A DNA stretch of 59,767 nt, the filler included. It is 4 parts of 4 records of this genome, joined end to end, with 100 filler letters (N's around TTAATTAATTAA, not from the genome) between each part and the next. Parts side by side here need not be neighbours in the genome. Positions count along the whole stretch, not along the records: positions 12,677 to 37,164 come from DRR723986_12499; 3 more parts are not named here. The stretch is one strand, 5' to 3'. Made by a program: the position numbers and the translations under genes. Numbering within the stretch: position 1 is the first letter of the stretch; the number at the start of each line of letters is the position of its first letter. The notes beneath the pieces were generated by a model. It worked only from the letters and a program-made list of their open reading frames with translations. It was not told the DNA's origin and searched no databases. Of the stretch, positions 19,011-29,924 are shown piece after piece.

Positions 19011-19902
19011 ATGGTTTTAACCTTTTCAAATTGTAATAACATACTCATTTTATTATTAGTGTGCTCTTTTCAATTTGTAGAAGCTCAATTAACAGATTTA
19101 GCAAGACTAGAATATTCATTTATACCAAGTACACAATGAGAAGATCAGTATACGCGGTTGAGAGCACTTATAAATTAACCAATTAAAATAAAAGATAAAT
19201 ATTACTTTATAGTTGGTGGTGAGTACAACCGAATTATATTAAACCTTGAAGACGATTACCCTTTTAATACCAGTAATTTACAACGGTTACATATTGTAGA
19301 TTTAAATTTGGGTTATACTTTTAAATGTAAAAATAATTGGAGATTAGGAGTTAAAATAAATCCAAGAATAGCCTCTACTTTAACGCAGTCTTTAACTACA
19401 GATGATGTTTTTTATAAATGGTGGCGTTTTTGCTATAAAGGATAGAACAGATGCAACTGATATTAAAAACCCATATCGTTTAATTTTAGGGCTAACATAT
19501 AATACAACTGCTGGTATTCCCTTTCTGTTGCCTTTTGTTAGTTATTACAGGCGCGTTAATGAGAAATGGTCTTTTAGTGCAGGTGTGCCTAAATCTAACT
19601 TAAAATATTTCTTTACTGAAAGCAGTATGCTTCAAATTTTTGCAGGTTTAGACGGTTATTTTGCAAATATTCAAAAACCAATGATTGTAAATGATAAACT
19701 TGTAAATACTATATCACTTTCTTTAGCCGTTGGAGAACTTGGGTACGAATATTGTTTTACAAAGAATTTGGTAGCTTATTCTTATATTGGCTACACCTTT
19801 AGATTAAATAACGTTTTACGAAATGAAAATAGAGATGAAGTCTTTAGATTGAATGAATTAAATGCTTTTTACTTAAGAACAGGATTAAAATTTAAAATAT
19901 AA
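19011..19902 (+). pseudogene. Disrupted outer-membrane beta-barrel protein (DUF6268-like)
   Basis: Signal peptide and AQLTDLARLEYSFIP from ATG 19011; in-frame TGA 19137 and TAA 19176; frameshift near 19405 into ORF 19402-19902, which ends GLKFKI. Confidence 0.75.
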
Positions 19903-19903
19903 T

Positions 19904-21067
19904 ATGTCAAAAATATTAATAATAGAAGACGAAGCCGCAATACGCAGAGTACTGGTAAAAATTCTTTCAGAAGAGAGTGATACTTATCAAGTTGAAGAAG
20001 CAGAAAATGGACTGGCTGGAATAGAAAAAATCAAAAAGGATGATTATGATTTGGTACTTTGTGATATTAAAATGCCAAAAATGGATGGTGTTGAGGTATT
20101 AGAAGCAGTAAAAAAAATGAAACCAGAAACTCCGATGGTAATGATTTCTGGACATGGTGATTTAGATACTGCTGTTAATACAATGCGGTTGGGAGCTTTT
20201 GATTATATCTCAAAACCACCAGATTTAAATCGTCTTTTAAATACTGTACGCATTGCGTTAGATAGAAAGGAACTGGTCGTAGAGAATAAAAGGCTAAAGA
20301 AAAAGGTGAGTAAAAACTACGAGATGATTGGTGAAAGTAATGCCATTGCTCGTATAAAGGATATGATAGACAAAGTTGCATCAACTGATGCCAGAGTATT
20401 AATAACAGGTCCTAATGGTACAGGTAAGGAATTAGTAGCACATTGGTTGCATCAAAAGAGCCAACGCTCAAAAGGGCCAATGATAGAAGTTAATTGTGCT
20501 GCAATACCGTCTGAACTTATAGAAAGTGAATTGTTTGGTCATGTAAAAGGTGCGTTTACATCTGCTAATAAAGACAGAGCTGGTAAATTTGAGGCTGCCA
20601 ATAAAGGCACTATTTTCCTTGATGAAATTGGTGACATGAGTTTGTCTGCTCAAGCTAAAGTATTGCGTGCATTACAAGAAAGTAGAATTCAACGTGTAGG
20701 AAGTGATAAAGATATTAAGGTAGATGTAAGAGTTATTGCAGCAACCAATAAAAACCTTAAAAAAGAAATTGAAGATGGTAAATTTAGAGAAGATTTATAC
20801 CATAGATTGGCGGTGATTCTAATTGAAGTACCAGCGTTAAACGATAGAAGGGAAGACATTCCGTTATTAGTAGATTATTTTGCCAACAAAATTTCTCAAG
20901 AACAAGGGACAGCAAAAAAATCATTCTCAGCAAAAGCCATTAAATTGTTGCAAAACTATGATTGGACTGGTAATATCAGGGAACTACGCAATGTCGTTGA
21001 AAGACTTATTATTTTAGGTGGTAAAGAAGTAAGTGAAACAGATGTAAAGTCATTCGCTTCTAAATAA
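19904..21067 (+). CDS. Sigma-54-interacting response regulator (NtrC/NtrX family)
   Basis: Receiver domain (EDE, DIKMP), GPNGTGKE, GAFTSA, LDEIGD, GNIRELRN; no C-terminal HTH evident. Confidence 0.92.
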   Translation: MSKILIIEDEAAIRRVLVKILSEESDTYQVEEAENGLAGIEKIKKDDYDLVLCDIKMPKMDGVEVLEAVKKMKPETPMVMISGHGDLDTAVNTMRLGAFDYISKPPDLNRLLNTVRIALDRKELVVENKRLKKKVSKNYEMIGESNAIARIKDMIDKVASTDARVLITGPNGTGKELVAHWLHQKSQRSKGPMIEVNCAAIPSELIESELFGHVKGAFTSANKDRAGKFEAANKGTIFLDEIGDMSLSAQAKVLRALQESRIQRVGSDKDIKVDVRVIAATNKNLKKEIEDGKFREDLYHRLAVILIEVPALNDRREDIPLLVDYFANKISQEQGTAKKSFSAKAIKLLQNYDWTGNIRELRNVVERLIILGGKEVSETDVKSFASK

Positions 21068-21077
21068 AAGCAAGATT

Positions 21078-21956
21078 ATGAAAGACATAAATATTGAAGA
21101 CTACAAAATTAAATCTCAGATTAAGATAGAAGACTTACCTACAAGATTAGATTTAGGTGTAGACAAAAAAACTACAGAAAAAGCCTTAAGACATGTAAGT
21201 GAAGATTTAGCAGACATACAAAATACAATGTATGCGCATGGCAAATACAGCGTATTAATGTGTATACAAGGTATGGATACCGCTGGTAAAGACAGTCTCA
21301 TTAGAGAAGTGTTTAAAGAGTTTAATGTTAGAGGTATCGTAGCTCATAGTTTTAAAAAACCAACAGATTTAGAACTAAAACACGATTATTTGTGGAGACA
21401 TTATATTGCTTTGCCTGCGCGAGGAAAATTCGGAATATTCAACAGAACACATTACGAAAATGTATTGGTAACACGTGTGCATCCTAATTATCTGCTATAT
21501 GAGAATATGCCAGATATTAATAGTGTAGATGATATAACTGAAGCGTTTTGGGAAAGACGATTTGAAGAGATAAATAATTTTGAAAAACATATAGCAGATA
21601 ATGGAACTATTGTATTTAAGTTCTTTTTAAATCTGTCTAAAGATGAACAGAAAAATAGATTATTAAGACGTCTAAATAAACCAAATAAGAACTGGAAGTT
21701 TTCTTCTGATGATTTAGATGAGCGTAAGCTTTGGGACGAATACCAAAAATGCTATGAAGACGCATTAAATAAAACGTCTAAAGCACATGCACCTTGGTTT
21801 AATATACCAGCTGATGATAAACCTACCGCAAGATATTTAGTGGCGAGGATTTTATACGACACGTTAAAGACATATACAGATATAAAAGAACCAGAGTTAC
21901 CAGCTAAAGAAAAGGCTAATATTAATCTCTATAAACAACAACTTGAAAATGAATAA
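21078..21956 (+). CDS. ppk2: Polyphosphate kinase 2 family (polyP:nucleotide phosphotransferase)
   Basis: QGMDTAGKDS, FKKP, HDYLWR, FNRTHYE, WKFS..D, IPADDK. Confidence 0.92.
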   Translation: MKDINIEDYKIKSQIKIEDLPTRLDLGVDKKTTEKALRHVSEDLADIQNTMYAHGKYSVLMCIQGMDTAGKDSLIREVFKEFNVRGIVAHSFKKPTDLELKHDYLWRHYIALPARGKFGIFNRTHYENVLVTRVHPNYLLYENMPDINSVDDITEAFWERRFEEINNFEKHIADNGTIVFKFFLNLSKDEQKNRLLRRLNKPNKNWKFSSDDLDERKLWDEYQKCYEDALNKTSKAHAPWFNIPADDKPTARYLVARILYDTLKTYTDIKEPELPAKEKANINLYKQQLENE

Positions 21957-23370
21957 ATATCTTTCTTCCATAATAAGTCTAAGTCTTATTGCTGTTTTAA
22001 CATTGTCTTGGGATGCTAATGCACAATCAGATGAAGATGTATTAAGTACTGTTTACAAAACTTCATTAACAAATGGTAAAAGTTATCATTGGTTAGACTA
22101 TTTGTCTAATACCATTGGAGGACGCTTGTCCGGTTCTACTAACGCTGAATTAGCTGTAGAATATACAAAAGCAGAGTTAGAAAAATTGGGATTAGATAAA
22201 GTATGGTTGCAGACTGTGATGGTTCCAAAATGGGTTAGAGGAGGCAAGGAGAAAGCTTATTTTAAAACCGCAGGTACACTAAATAATGTCAATATTTGTG
22301 CATTAGGTGGTTCTGTTGCAACACCAAATGGAGGGTTGAAAGCAAAAGTCATAGAAGTAGCAACTTATCAAGACTTACAAGCCTTAGGGACAGAAAATAT
22401 AAAAGGTAAAATAGTCTTTATTAATAGATCATGGGCGCAAGAATTGGTGAATACCTTTCAGGCTTATGGAGGTTGTGCTGCAGAGCGTTATCGTGGTGCT
22501 GCAGAGGCTGCTAAATATGGTGCAGTTGGTACAATAGTACGTTCCTTAAGTTCTAGACAAGATGATTATCCACACACTGGTAGTATGGGCTATGGAGATT
22601 TACCAGTAGAACAAAGAATACCATCAGCAGCAATCAGTACTAATGATGCTGTAAAGCTAAGTGAGGCATTGAAAGCAGATAATAATCTAGAATTTTACTT
22701 TGAAATGAGTTGCCAACAATTTGATGATGTACAGTCTTATAATGTTATTGGTGAAATTACAGGTAGCGAGTTTCCAAATGAATATATCATTGTTGGTGGT
22801 CATTTAGACTCATGGGATTTAGGTGATGGTGCTCACGATGATGGTGCTGGAGTAGTGCAGTCTATGGATGTTTTACGATTATTAGTAGAAAGTGGAATAA
22901 AACCAAAACGCAGTATTAGAGTTGTTTTGTTTATGAATGAAGAGAATGGCTTACGCGGAGGTAGAAAATATGCAGAAGAAGCTAAGGCAAAAAATGAGAA
23001 ACACATATTTGCTTTAGAAAGTGATGCTGGCGGTTTTACACCTAGAGGCTTTAGTTTTGATTGCAGTGATATAATGTTCTCTAAAGTCGAAGCATGGAGA
23101 CCATTATTTAAACCGTATTTAATCCATTATTTCGAAAAGGGAGGAAGTGGAGCAGATATAGGGCCTTTAAAGAATGATGATATTGTTTTGGCTGGTTTAA
23201 GACCAGATTCACAACGTTATTTTGATCATCATCATGCTGCAAATGACACTTTTGAGCATGTTAATAAACGCGAACTAGAATTAGGCGCTGCTACCATGAC
23301 ATCGCTTGTCTTTCTTATAGATAAGTATGGAACTGAAACAATTACCAATGAGGTGAAAATTAAAGATTAA
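21949..23370 (+). CDS. M28 family metallopeptidase (carboxypeptidase Q-like)
   Basis: GGHLDSWD, GAHDDG, NEENGL, ESD, HH..NDTF; signal peptide. Confidence 0.9.
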   Translation: MNKYLSSIISLSLIAVLTLSWDANAQSDEDVLSTVYKTSLTNGKSYHWLDYLSNTIGGRLSGSTNAELAVEYTKAELEKLGLDKVWLQTVMVPKWVRGGKEKAYFKTAGTLNNVNICALGGSVATPNGGLKAKVIEVATYQDLQALGTENIKGKIVFINRSWAQELVNTFQAYGGCAAERYRGAAEAAKYGAVGTIVRSLSSRQDDYPHTGSMGYGDLPVEQRIPSAAISTNDAVKLSEALKADNNLEFYFEMSCQQFDDVQSYNVIGEITGSEFPNEYIIVGGHLDSWDLGDGAHDDGAGVVQSMDVLRLLVESGIKPKRSIRVVLFMNEENGLRGGRKYAEEAKAKNEKHIFALESDAGGFTPRGFSFDCSDIMFSKVEAWRPLFKPYLIHYFEKGGSGADIGPLKNDDIVLAGLRPDSQRYFDHHHAANDTFEHVNKRELELGAATMTSLVFLIDKYGTETITNEVKIKD

Positions 23371-23417
23371 ACCATGAGATTAAATAAGGTTTCTTCATTT
23401 TAATTTTTCCTTTTTTA

Positions 23418-24482
23418 TTGCATTGCGAAAAGGAAAAGAGGATAACCATAGACGAGGTGCTTACCAAGTATGAAGAGAAAGTAAATTCTATTGATAAGCT
23501 GTCGTATAATATCAGACGTGTAGATACTTTTGCACAAGGTGGAACAGTTTGGGATAATAAAGGATTTGCACACTTAGAGAAGCGAACTGAGGATTCTATT
23601 TTTGGATTTTCATTTTATGGTAAAAGAGATGATATTCCTGTTATTAGTATCTATGATCAAGGTAAAACATTTACGTTAGACCAAGAGGTAATGGAGTATG
23701 AGTTAGGTAAAGGACGGTTTTATTATATGGGAAGTCCTGGTGGCCAGATGATATCAACGTCATTTTTTAGTTTAGATGATGATTATGAGTCTCGAGAATT
23801 GGTGGAATCTGGTGAAAAGTATGTCATAAAGTATACCTTTCCAGATGATACAACCTATTTAGTGACTAATCGCGTTAAAATGGTAGAATTAAATGCAGAA
23901 TTTATTCCTGTAAAGATTAAAAGTTCATCTGTTATGCAAGGTGAAAAATCTACTACAGATTTAATGATTTCAGATATTAAAATAAATGAAGGCACAGCTA
24001 GTACAATTAAAGATTACAAAGATCAAATTAAAGATTATACGTTACTAAAAGAAGAAGAAGATGTGCCAACGAGTTTATTAGGAAAGAAACTACCAATTTC
24101 AACCTTAACAGATTTAAGAACTGGGAAAAAAGTTGAAATAGATAATTCTAAGATTGTTTTAGTGGATTTCTGGGAAGTTTGGTGTGTTTGGTGTATCAAA
24201 GCATTTCCAGGTGTAGAAGCACTTGAAAAGACCTATGCTAGGGATTTAGTAGTTTACGGCATTTCTACCGAAGATAAAGAAAAGGCAATCCAACTTCTAA
24301 ACAAAAAGAAGGTCACATTTGGTAACTATTTTGAGGATAGCTCTATTCACGAAACCTTTGAGGTAAATTCCTTACCTAAATACTATTTGGTAGATAGAAA
24401 TGGCATTATTGTCAATGAGTATTTTGGATTCAGTGATGACATAGAAAACGATATTAAAGCTTTAATAAATGAATCTAAATAA
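23418..24482 (+). CDS. TlpA/thioredoxin-like disulfide reductase (probable lipoprotein; 5' end appears frameshifted)
   Basis: C-terminal DFWEVWCVWC and LPKY; the upstream in-frame hydrophobic stretch ending FLLHC has no in-frame ATG ahead of it. Confidence 0.75.
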   Translation: MHCEKEKRITIDEVLTKYEEKVNSIDKLSYNIRRVDTFAQGGTVWDNKGFAHLEKRTEDSIFGFSFYGKRDDIPVISIYDQGKTFTLDQEVMEYELGKGRFYYMGSPGGQMISTSFFSLDDDYESRELVESGEKYVIKYTFPDDTTYLVTNRVKMVELNAEFIPVKIKSSSVMQGEKSTTDLMISDIKINEGTASTIKDYKDQIKDYTLLKEEEDVPTSLLGKKLPISTLTDLRTGKKVEIDNSKIVLVDFWEVWCVWCIKAFPGVEALEKTYARDLVVYGISTEDKEKAIQLLNKKKVTFGNYFEDSSIHETFEVNSLPKYYLVDRNGIIVNEYFGFSDDIENDIKALINESK

Positions 24483-25053
24483 ATCTAAAATTTCCGTTTT
24501 TGTTATTCTATTAATTCTCACTACTGGTGCAGTAGTGGCCCAAGAAAAAGAAGAACTGCCATATTATGAAGTTCCTGACTATCCTGAAAAATTCACAGCT
24601 GGTACTATGGCTGCCAGAATGGTAGATGCTTTAGGTTTTCGATTTTATTGGGCGACAGATAGCTTAACAGCTAAGGATTTAGCCTATAAAGCTAATGAAG
24701 AAGGCAGATCAACAGAAGAGACAATTAAACATATTTACGATTTATCTAAGATCATCGTAAATTCTACTTTAATGGAATCAAACTCAAGAGAGGATGAGAA
24801 TTTGACTTATGATGAACTGAGGTCAAAAACATTAATTAACTTAAAAACTGCTGCGGATATCTTGAGAACAAGTGAAGATATATCGCAATATAAAATCATC
24901 TTTGGAGATCGAGAGATACCTTTTTGGAATCAGGTTAATGGTCCGATTGCGGATGCCATATGGCATTCTGGACAAATTGTAATATATAGACGTACAACAG
25001 GAAATCCAATTAATCCAAAAGTGAATCATTTCTCTGGTAAGGTTAGAGAATAG
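24469..25053 (+). CDS. Secreted DinB-like hypothetical protein
   Basis: Signal peptide; IKHI and DAIWHSGQI.YRR pattern of the DinB superfamily. Confidence 0.6.
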   Translation: MNLNKSKISVFVILLILTTGAVVAQEKEELPYYEVPDYPEKFTAGTMAARMVDALGFRFYWATDSLTAKDLAYKANEEGRSTEETIKHIYDLSKIIVNSTLMESNSREDENLTYDELRSKTLINLKTAADILRTSEDISQYKIIFGDREIPFWNQVNGPIADAIWHSGQIVIYRRTTGNPINPKVNHFSGKVRE

Positions 25054-25054
25054 C

Positions 25055-25864
25055 TTAGTGTCTTCTTAGATAATATCTGCCTTTTTTGAGTTTTTTTGAT
25101 TTCTGATTAATAAATTTAAATGGTACAGAAATACCACCAGCCTTAAAAACTACAAAATGTAAATGAGGTATTGTGGTAAAACCAGTCATTCCTGAAATGG
25201 CTATTGGTTCACTTACTTCTACTTTGTCACCAACGTCTACAAGAGCACCTTCAAAATCTAAATGGACATAATGTGCCATACTTCCATCCTCATGCAGTAT
25301 AATAATTTTGTTGCCTTTATCTACACATTTCATGGTTCTACAATGTTCGTTGGAATCTTGTTTAATAAACATTACTAAACCTGATCTTGCAGCAGTAATT
25401 GTATCGCCAATTTGATTTCCAATATCTAAGGCATAGCGAGAATGCGGCTTATTGTGCGAAAATTTGCCACCAAATGATTGAATGATCTTATATTTTTTTC
25501 CTCTTGGATAAGGTAATGTATATCTGTATGTTAAATCGATATCACTCTTAGGATCGCCAAAAGTTCCTTTTAAGGAAATATAATTTTTAGAATTAATTTT
25601 CGCAGTGTCTTTTACTTTGTCTAATGGCAGTATAATGGCATTTTTTAAAGTATCTCCTTGTTGTAAAACACCATATGGGTTCACTCTTATAAATGATTTA
25701 GTTGAATCTAATGCTGTAAGTTTTAATTCAACCGGAGCATAAAACGGATTAATGAAATCTACATATACTGAGTCGTTTTCTATGGTCTTGTAATGTTTTA
25801 ACTTTTGAGCATTAATTTGTTGAAAGAAACAACTCAGAATTAATAATACAAAGATTCTTTTCAT
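25055..25864 (-). CDS. M23 family metallopeptidase
   Basis: YALD, AAR.G, YVHL, SGMTGFTTIPHLHF (HxH). Confidence 0.88.
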   Translation of the reverse strand: MKRIFVLLILSCFFQQINAQKLKHYKTIENDSVYVDFINPFYAPVELKLTALDSTKSFIRVNPYGVLQQGDTLKNAIILPLDKVKDTAKINSKNYISLKGTFGDPKSDIDLTYRYTLPYPRGKKYKIIQSFGGKFSHNKPHSRYALDIGNQIGDTITAARSGLVMFIKQDSNEHCRTMKCVDKGNKIIILHEDGSMAHYVHLDFEGALVDVGDKVEVSEPIAISGMTGFTTIPHLHFVVFKAGGISVPFKFINQKSKKLKKGRYYLRRH

Positions 25865-25927
25865 ATAGATAAGGAGTCAGTTTTATTTAAAGTGTTACAT
25901 TAGTAAAGATAAAAAATCTAGAAAATA

Positions 25928-26305
25928 ATGCCTGGCGTATTAAAGCAAATTCATCCTGTGTTACTTGTGAAAAATGTAGTTGCTGTAGTAAAATATTATG
26001 TTGAGAAATTAGGCTTTAAATTGGCTTTTACCGATACTACTGATGCACACGGCTATGCTGGTGTTAAAAGAGATGATATAGAAATACACTTGCAGTGGCG
26101 CGATGAAAAGGAATGGATTATTGGATTAGACAGACCTATGTTAAGAATATATGTAGACAACATTGGCGAGTTATTTGACGAATACAAATCAAAAAAAGTA
26201 TTTCATAATAATACCTCACTAAAAAAGACTCCTTGGGGAACTGAGGAATTTGCATTTTATGATTTGTATGGTAATGGTTTAACTTTTTATAGAGACCTAT
26301 TATAA
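25928..26305 (+). CDS. VOC/glyoxalase/bleomycin-resistance family protein
   Basis: YVEKLGF, TPWGTEEFAFYDLYGNGL. Confidence 0.85.
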   Translation: MPGVLKQIHPVLLVKNVVAVVKYYVEKLGFKLAFTDTTDAHGYAGVKRDDIEIHLQWRDEKEWIIGLDRPMLRIYVDNIGELFDEYKSKKVFHNNTSLKKTPWGTEEFAFYDLYGNGLTFYRDLL

Positions 26306-26329
26306 TTAAATTTGCAATCTTTGTTTAGT

Positions 26330-27940
26330 ATGTCTTTTAAGAAATTTAATTTAATAGCATTCGCCTTATGTTTTTGTTCAGCGTTAGTTGCACAAAATAC
26401 AAAAGAGTTATTCTGTAACGTATTAGATGCAGAAGCAAAGTATCCAGTAGCCTATGCTACAGTTAGATTTGAGGGTGTACAGAACGGTGTCATTGCAGAT
26501 GAAGATGGTGGTTTTAGATTACCTATAGCTTATAAAACGGAAAATAAGGCCGTAGTGATATCATCCATTGGTTATGAGACCTTAAGATTAGAAGCAAATA
26601 CACTAAATGAAAATGAAATAAATGTCATTTATTTAAAACCTAGGATTGAAGAGTTAGGTGAAGTTTTAATTACAGCAAAAACTAGCACAGGTAGTACACG
26701 CGTAGAGCCTGTTGAGACCATTGTAAGAAACGCCATTGGAAGAATACCTGCAAATTATCCTTATACACCTCATTCTTATATCAGTTATTACAGAGACTAT
26801 CAAGTAGTAAATAATAATTACTATAATTTAAACGAAGCAGTAATAGAGAATTTTGACGCAGGCTTTAATACAGATAAGTATGAAAACAGTAATAACAAAT
26901 CAGCACTGTATACTTATGATTTAAATACTGAATTTTATCAGGATAAGGAATTACTAAATTCAATTTATGGGAAATCTAAATTATTAGACAGATATAATTC
27001 TGCCAGATTAGGTACAAATATTCAGAATGAATTAGAGATTTTAAATATCCATAATCCTATCAGAAATTTTAATAAATCTAGTTTTTCATTCATTTATGTT
27101 TTCAAGGATAATTTTGTTGAAAATCACGATTTTAAGTTAATTAAGGTGGTGTATGCTGATGATATTCCATTATATGAGATAAGATTTGTTTCAAAAGGGT
27201 CAGAAGGTGTTAAATATATTGGGCAAGGCACTATTTATATTGCCAAGGCAAACTATGCTATTCACAAATTAGAATATAGAATGTTAGATAAAGGTAGAAA
27301 TTCTAATCGTGGAAACCCTTTTGGTAATAGTGCAAGTAAGATAACTACCAATAGGAAAACAACATTATTCGAGGTTAATATTGAATATAAAGCTATTGGC
27401 GACAAAATGTACTTAAATTACATGACCTTCAATAATAGATTTATTATTAGAGAACCCGACCCGTTTAAAGTAGAAGATTTCTATTTCAATGCTAAGAATA
27501 AGAAGTTTTATCTCACATTTAATAAACCTATTGATGCAAAATCAATAAAACGAAAAAGTAATTTTAGACTGAGATATGATGATACAAAACTAATTATCAA
27601 TTCTATTGAACTTGAAGATGAAAAAACCTTGAAAATAGACGTTATTGGTTGGTCTGCAGGAACAGGAGTTGATACAGAAAGTATTAATTCAGAAAATTTT
27701 AGTTATAAATTAAAACGCGTAAAAGATATCTCAGGTGCATTTATAAATAAAGAGTCTAAACTTATTGGTTATCAGTTTAGAGAACTTTTTACACAAGAGG
27801 TTTTTAACACCAAACAGCCAGAAGATGATTTAATCTATCTGTACAAAACTGAGCCACTTTTCTCTTCAAGAATAAACGAAACAAAATTAGACTTAGATGA
27901 ATATTGGATTAATACACCATTAAAACAAACTAAAGGTTAG
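26330..27940 (+). CDS. Carboxypeptidase-regulatory-like domain outer-envelope protein
   Basis: Signal peptide; PVAYATV, G.IADEDGGF, ISSIGY, LGEVLI. Confidence 0.75.
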   Translation: MSFKKFNLIAFALCFCSALVAQNTKELFCNVLDAEAKYPVAYATVRFEGVQNGVIADEDGGFRLPIAYKTENKAVVISSIGYETLRLEANTLNENEINVIYLKPRIEELGEVLITAKTSTGSTRVEPVETIVRNAIGRIPANYPYTPHSYISYYRDYQVVNNNYYNLNEAVIENFDAGFNTDKYENSNNKSALYTYDLNTEFYQDKELLNSIYGKSKLLDRYNSARLGTNIQNELEILNIHNPIRNFNKSSFSFIYVFKDNFVENHDFKLIKVVYADDIPLYEIRFVSKGSEGVKYIGQGTIYIAKANYAIHKLEYRMLDKGRNSNRGNPFGNSASKITTNRKTTLFEVNIEYKAIGDKMYLNYMTFNNRFIIREPDPFKVEDFYFNAKNKKFYLTFNKPIDAKSIKRKSNFRLRYDDTKLIINSIELEDEKTLKIDVIGWSAGTGVDTESINSENFSYKLKRVKDISGAFINKESKLIGYQFRELFTQEVFNTKQPEDDLIYLYKTEPLFSSRINETKLDLDEYWINTPLKQTKG

Positions 27941-28662
27941 TTAGTTTTAAACTTATCATCAATTCTGCTTATAAGTTCTACAGCACCATCTTTATGTGCT
28001 TTTACAAAAGCACTATGGTTTTTACTTGCAAGAATTAAATTAGAACCTACTCTGTTTTTATAATCAATAGAATCACCAAAATAAGCTTTCATTTCTTCAG
28101 TAAATCTTCCTTTCATCCAGTCTATAAACCAAGGTTTAGTTCTGTAGTGATCTAAATTTTTTAAAGTTTCTTGTTTAACAAAATCATTGCTTTGTTCTAA
28201 TATAGTTGATAAAGATTTGTAAAACTGCACTATAGAAATTTGAAGTGAATCATTTGTCTCAAAATCGTATTCATTAAAGTTTTTCAACATATTATAGTCC
28301 TAATCTTGCATAGTAAAGGGTTGGTATATTGTTGTGAGACTTCTGCATAAGTCACATTCTTCGATAGTACTCCTATTATATTCGTAATTGATTACCTTTT
28401 CACTATACTTATTTATAGAATCGTAAAATTGAATAATCCGTGAGGCAACAATAGTATCTGTCACAAGATCTTTTCTCACCGTTTTTATAATGCTCATTAA
28501 CTGTTCATCTTGCTTTCGATTTTCATTCCAATTATTTATATATAATGCTAGTAAAATACCTATCATCACCAAAACTATTTCGCCTATTGCATAAAATAGA
28601 TAGCTGGTCATTTTATTAGATGAGAGCAAGTTTCTCCTGATTTTTTTAAAAATATTTATCAT
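27937..28662 (-). pseudogene. DUF6090-like protein split by one in-frame stop
   Basis: ORFs 28300-28662 and 27937-28290 share a frame, separated by TAG at 28300-28302; YAIGEIVLVMIGILLAL.INNWNE signature. Confidence 0.75.
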
Positions 28663-28665
28663 TAC

Positions 28666-28785
28666 TTATTCGGTTTCTTCATCTTTTTCTTCGCGTTTCA
28701 TTTGAATAAAACGCGTTACAAGTCGCACACCTAATCTTGCGAAAAGGATAACTGCAATAACCATAACAATATCAAATCCTGACAT
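28666..28785 (-). CDS. Small single-pass membrane protein (39 aa)
   Basis: MSGFDIVMVIAVILFARLGVRLVTRFIQMKREEKDEETE; stop lies 3 nt before the DUF6090 ATG. Confidence 0.55.
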   Translation of the reverse strand: MSGFDIVMVIAVILFARLGVRLVTRFIQMKREEKDEETE

Positions 28786-28956
28786 AATTTCTTTTCAAGT
28801 ATAACTATAGGTAAGCTAATCTATTTTGAAGTTACACTCTAAATGAATATTTATGCTTGATCTATGTGTTAATAAATTAAAGGTATAAAAAAGCGTGGTT
28901 ATTTACCACGCCTTATTAGTTATGAATTTTATACAAATAAGAATTATAGAAAATCG

Positions 28957-29688
28957 TTACTCAGATTTAGACATAGAGTCACTTTTATCATACATATAAG
29001 ACCAAGAGCCATCAACTGCTTCCATAAACTTTTTACGCATCTCAGCTGTTTTTTCTGCTCCATGAGCATTTTCATAGATTTTCCAGACACCGTCCATATC
29101 CTTGTCAAGGTCGCCATATTTATCAAAAGGCCAAGCAACCATATAGTCGGCAGAATCTTCAGATCCACCTGCAACAGAATACCAATAGGCACGTTCGTCA
29201 CCTTCTGCTTTTTTTACTTCTGCAGTAACTACTTTTATAACTTCCATAAAATCGGCTGAATTACTTACTCTAAAATAGGTTACCCAGACTTTGTCCTTTT
29301 GTTCATTGGTATCTTTACTTATATCTGGCATAGATTCAGTGACCATATAATCCATACTTTCCATGTGTGGTAATATGTCCTCTGGGAAATGGCTTATGCA
29401 TTTGTCCCTTGCTTCATCACTTTCATTATCCATTTCTGCCCAATTTTCCATAGTATCTGTCACGGCATATACAGAATTTGAGCCTTGTACGCGTCTCCAA
29501 AAATTCCATTTACCCTCACCATTATTTTCGGCATAGCATTTTTTATATTTGTTAACACCTTCTGCGAACTGAGCCTCATGACCCATTTTTACAGTAATGT
29601 GAGTAACATTAATAATGTTACTAGAATCATCGTCTTGCCCCATTAAAAAAAATGGTACAATAAGTAATAGAAAACATAATTTTCTCAT
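28957..29688 (-). CDS. Secreted hypothetical protein with two internally similar alpha/beta (NIPSNAP-like) halves
   Basis: Signal peptide; repeated pattern (VT..V...F.E ... W...G...Y ... W/Y..MD/LD). Confidence 0.55.
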   Translation of the reverse strand: MRKLCFLLLIVPFFLMGQDDDSSNIINVTHITVKMGHEAQFAEGVNKYKKCYAENNGEGKWNFWRRVQGSNSVYAVTDTMENWAEMDNESDEARDKCISHFPEDILPHMESMDYMVTESMPDISKDTNEQKDKVWVTYFRVSNSADFMEVIKVVTAEVKKAEGDERAYWYSVAGGSEDSADYMVAWPFDKYGDLDKDMDGVWKIYENAHGAEKTAEMRKKFMEAVDGSWSYMYDKSDSMSKSE

Positions 29689-29924
29689 AATAAAAATTGA
29701 TTTAGTTGATTAATTAATAGCCAACCAAAACATAAAAACTTATAGTTTGAATTATAAATTCCTTGAAGATTAGTTCACGTTGAGTTAGGGTCGTAAACGG
29801 AGTATAATTCTTATTAAAACGCTGAAAAACAAGCGTGTATAGATGTTAAATGTAGTGAATTTTATTTAAAAATTTTATTAGCGCTAAACATTATCCATAA
29901 ACTCATTAATTTTTTTAAGAAATA

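Noticed and set aside
19011-28662. Stop-codon reassignment or selenocysteine readthrough explaining internal stops
   Set aside because: Internal stops are of all three kinds (TGA, TAA, TAG) and come with a frameshift; neighbouring genes are intact under the standard code.
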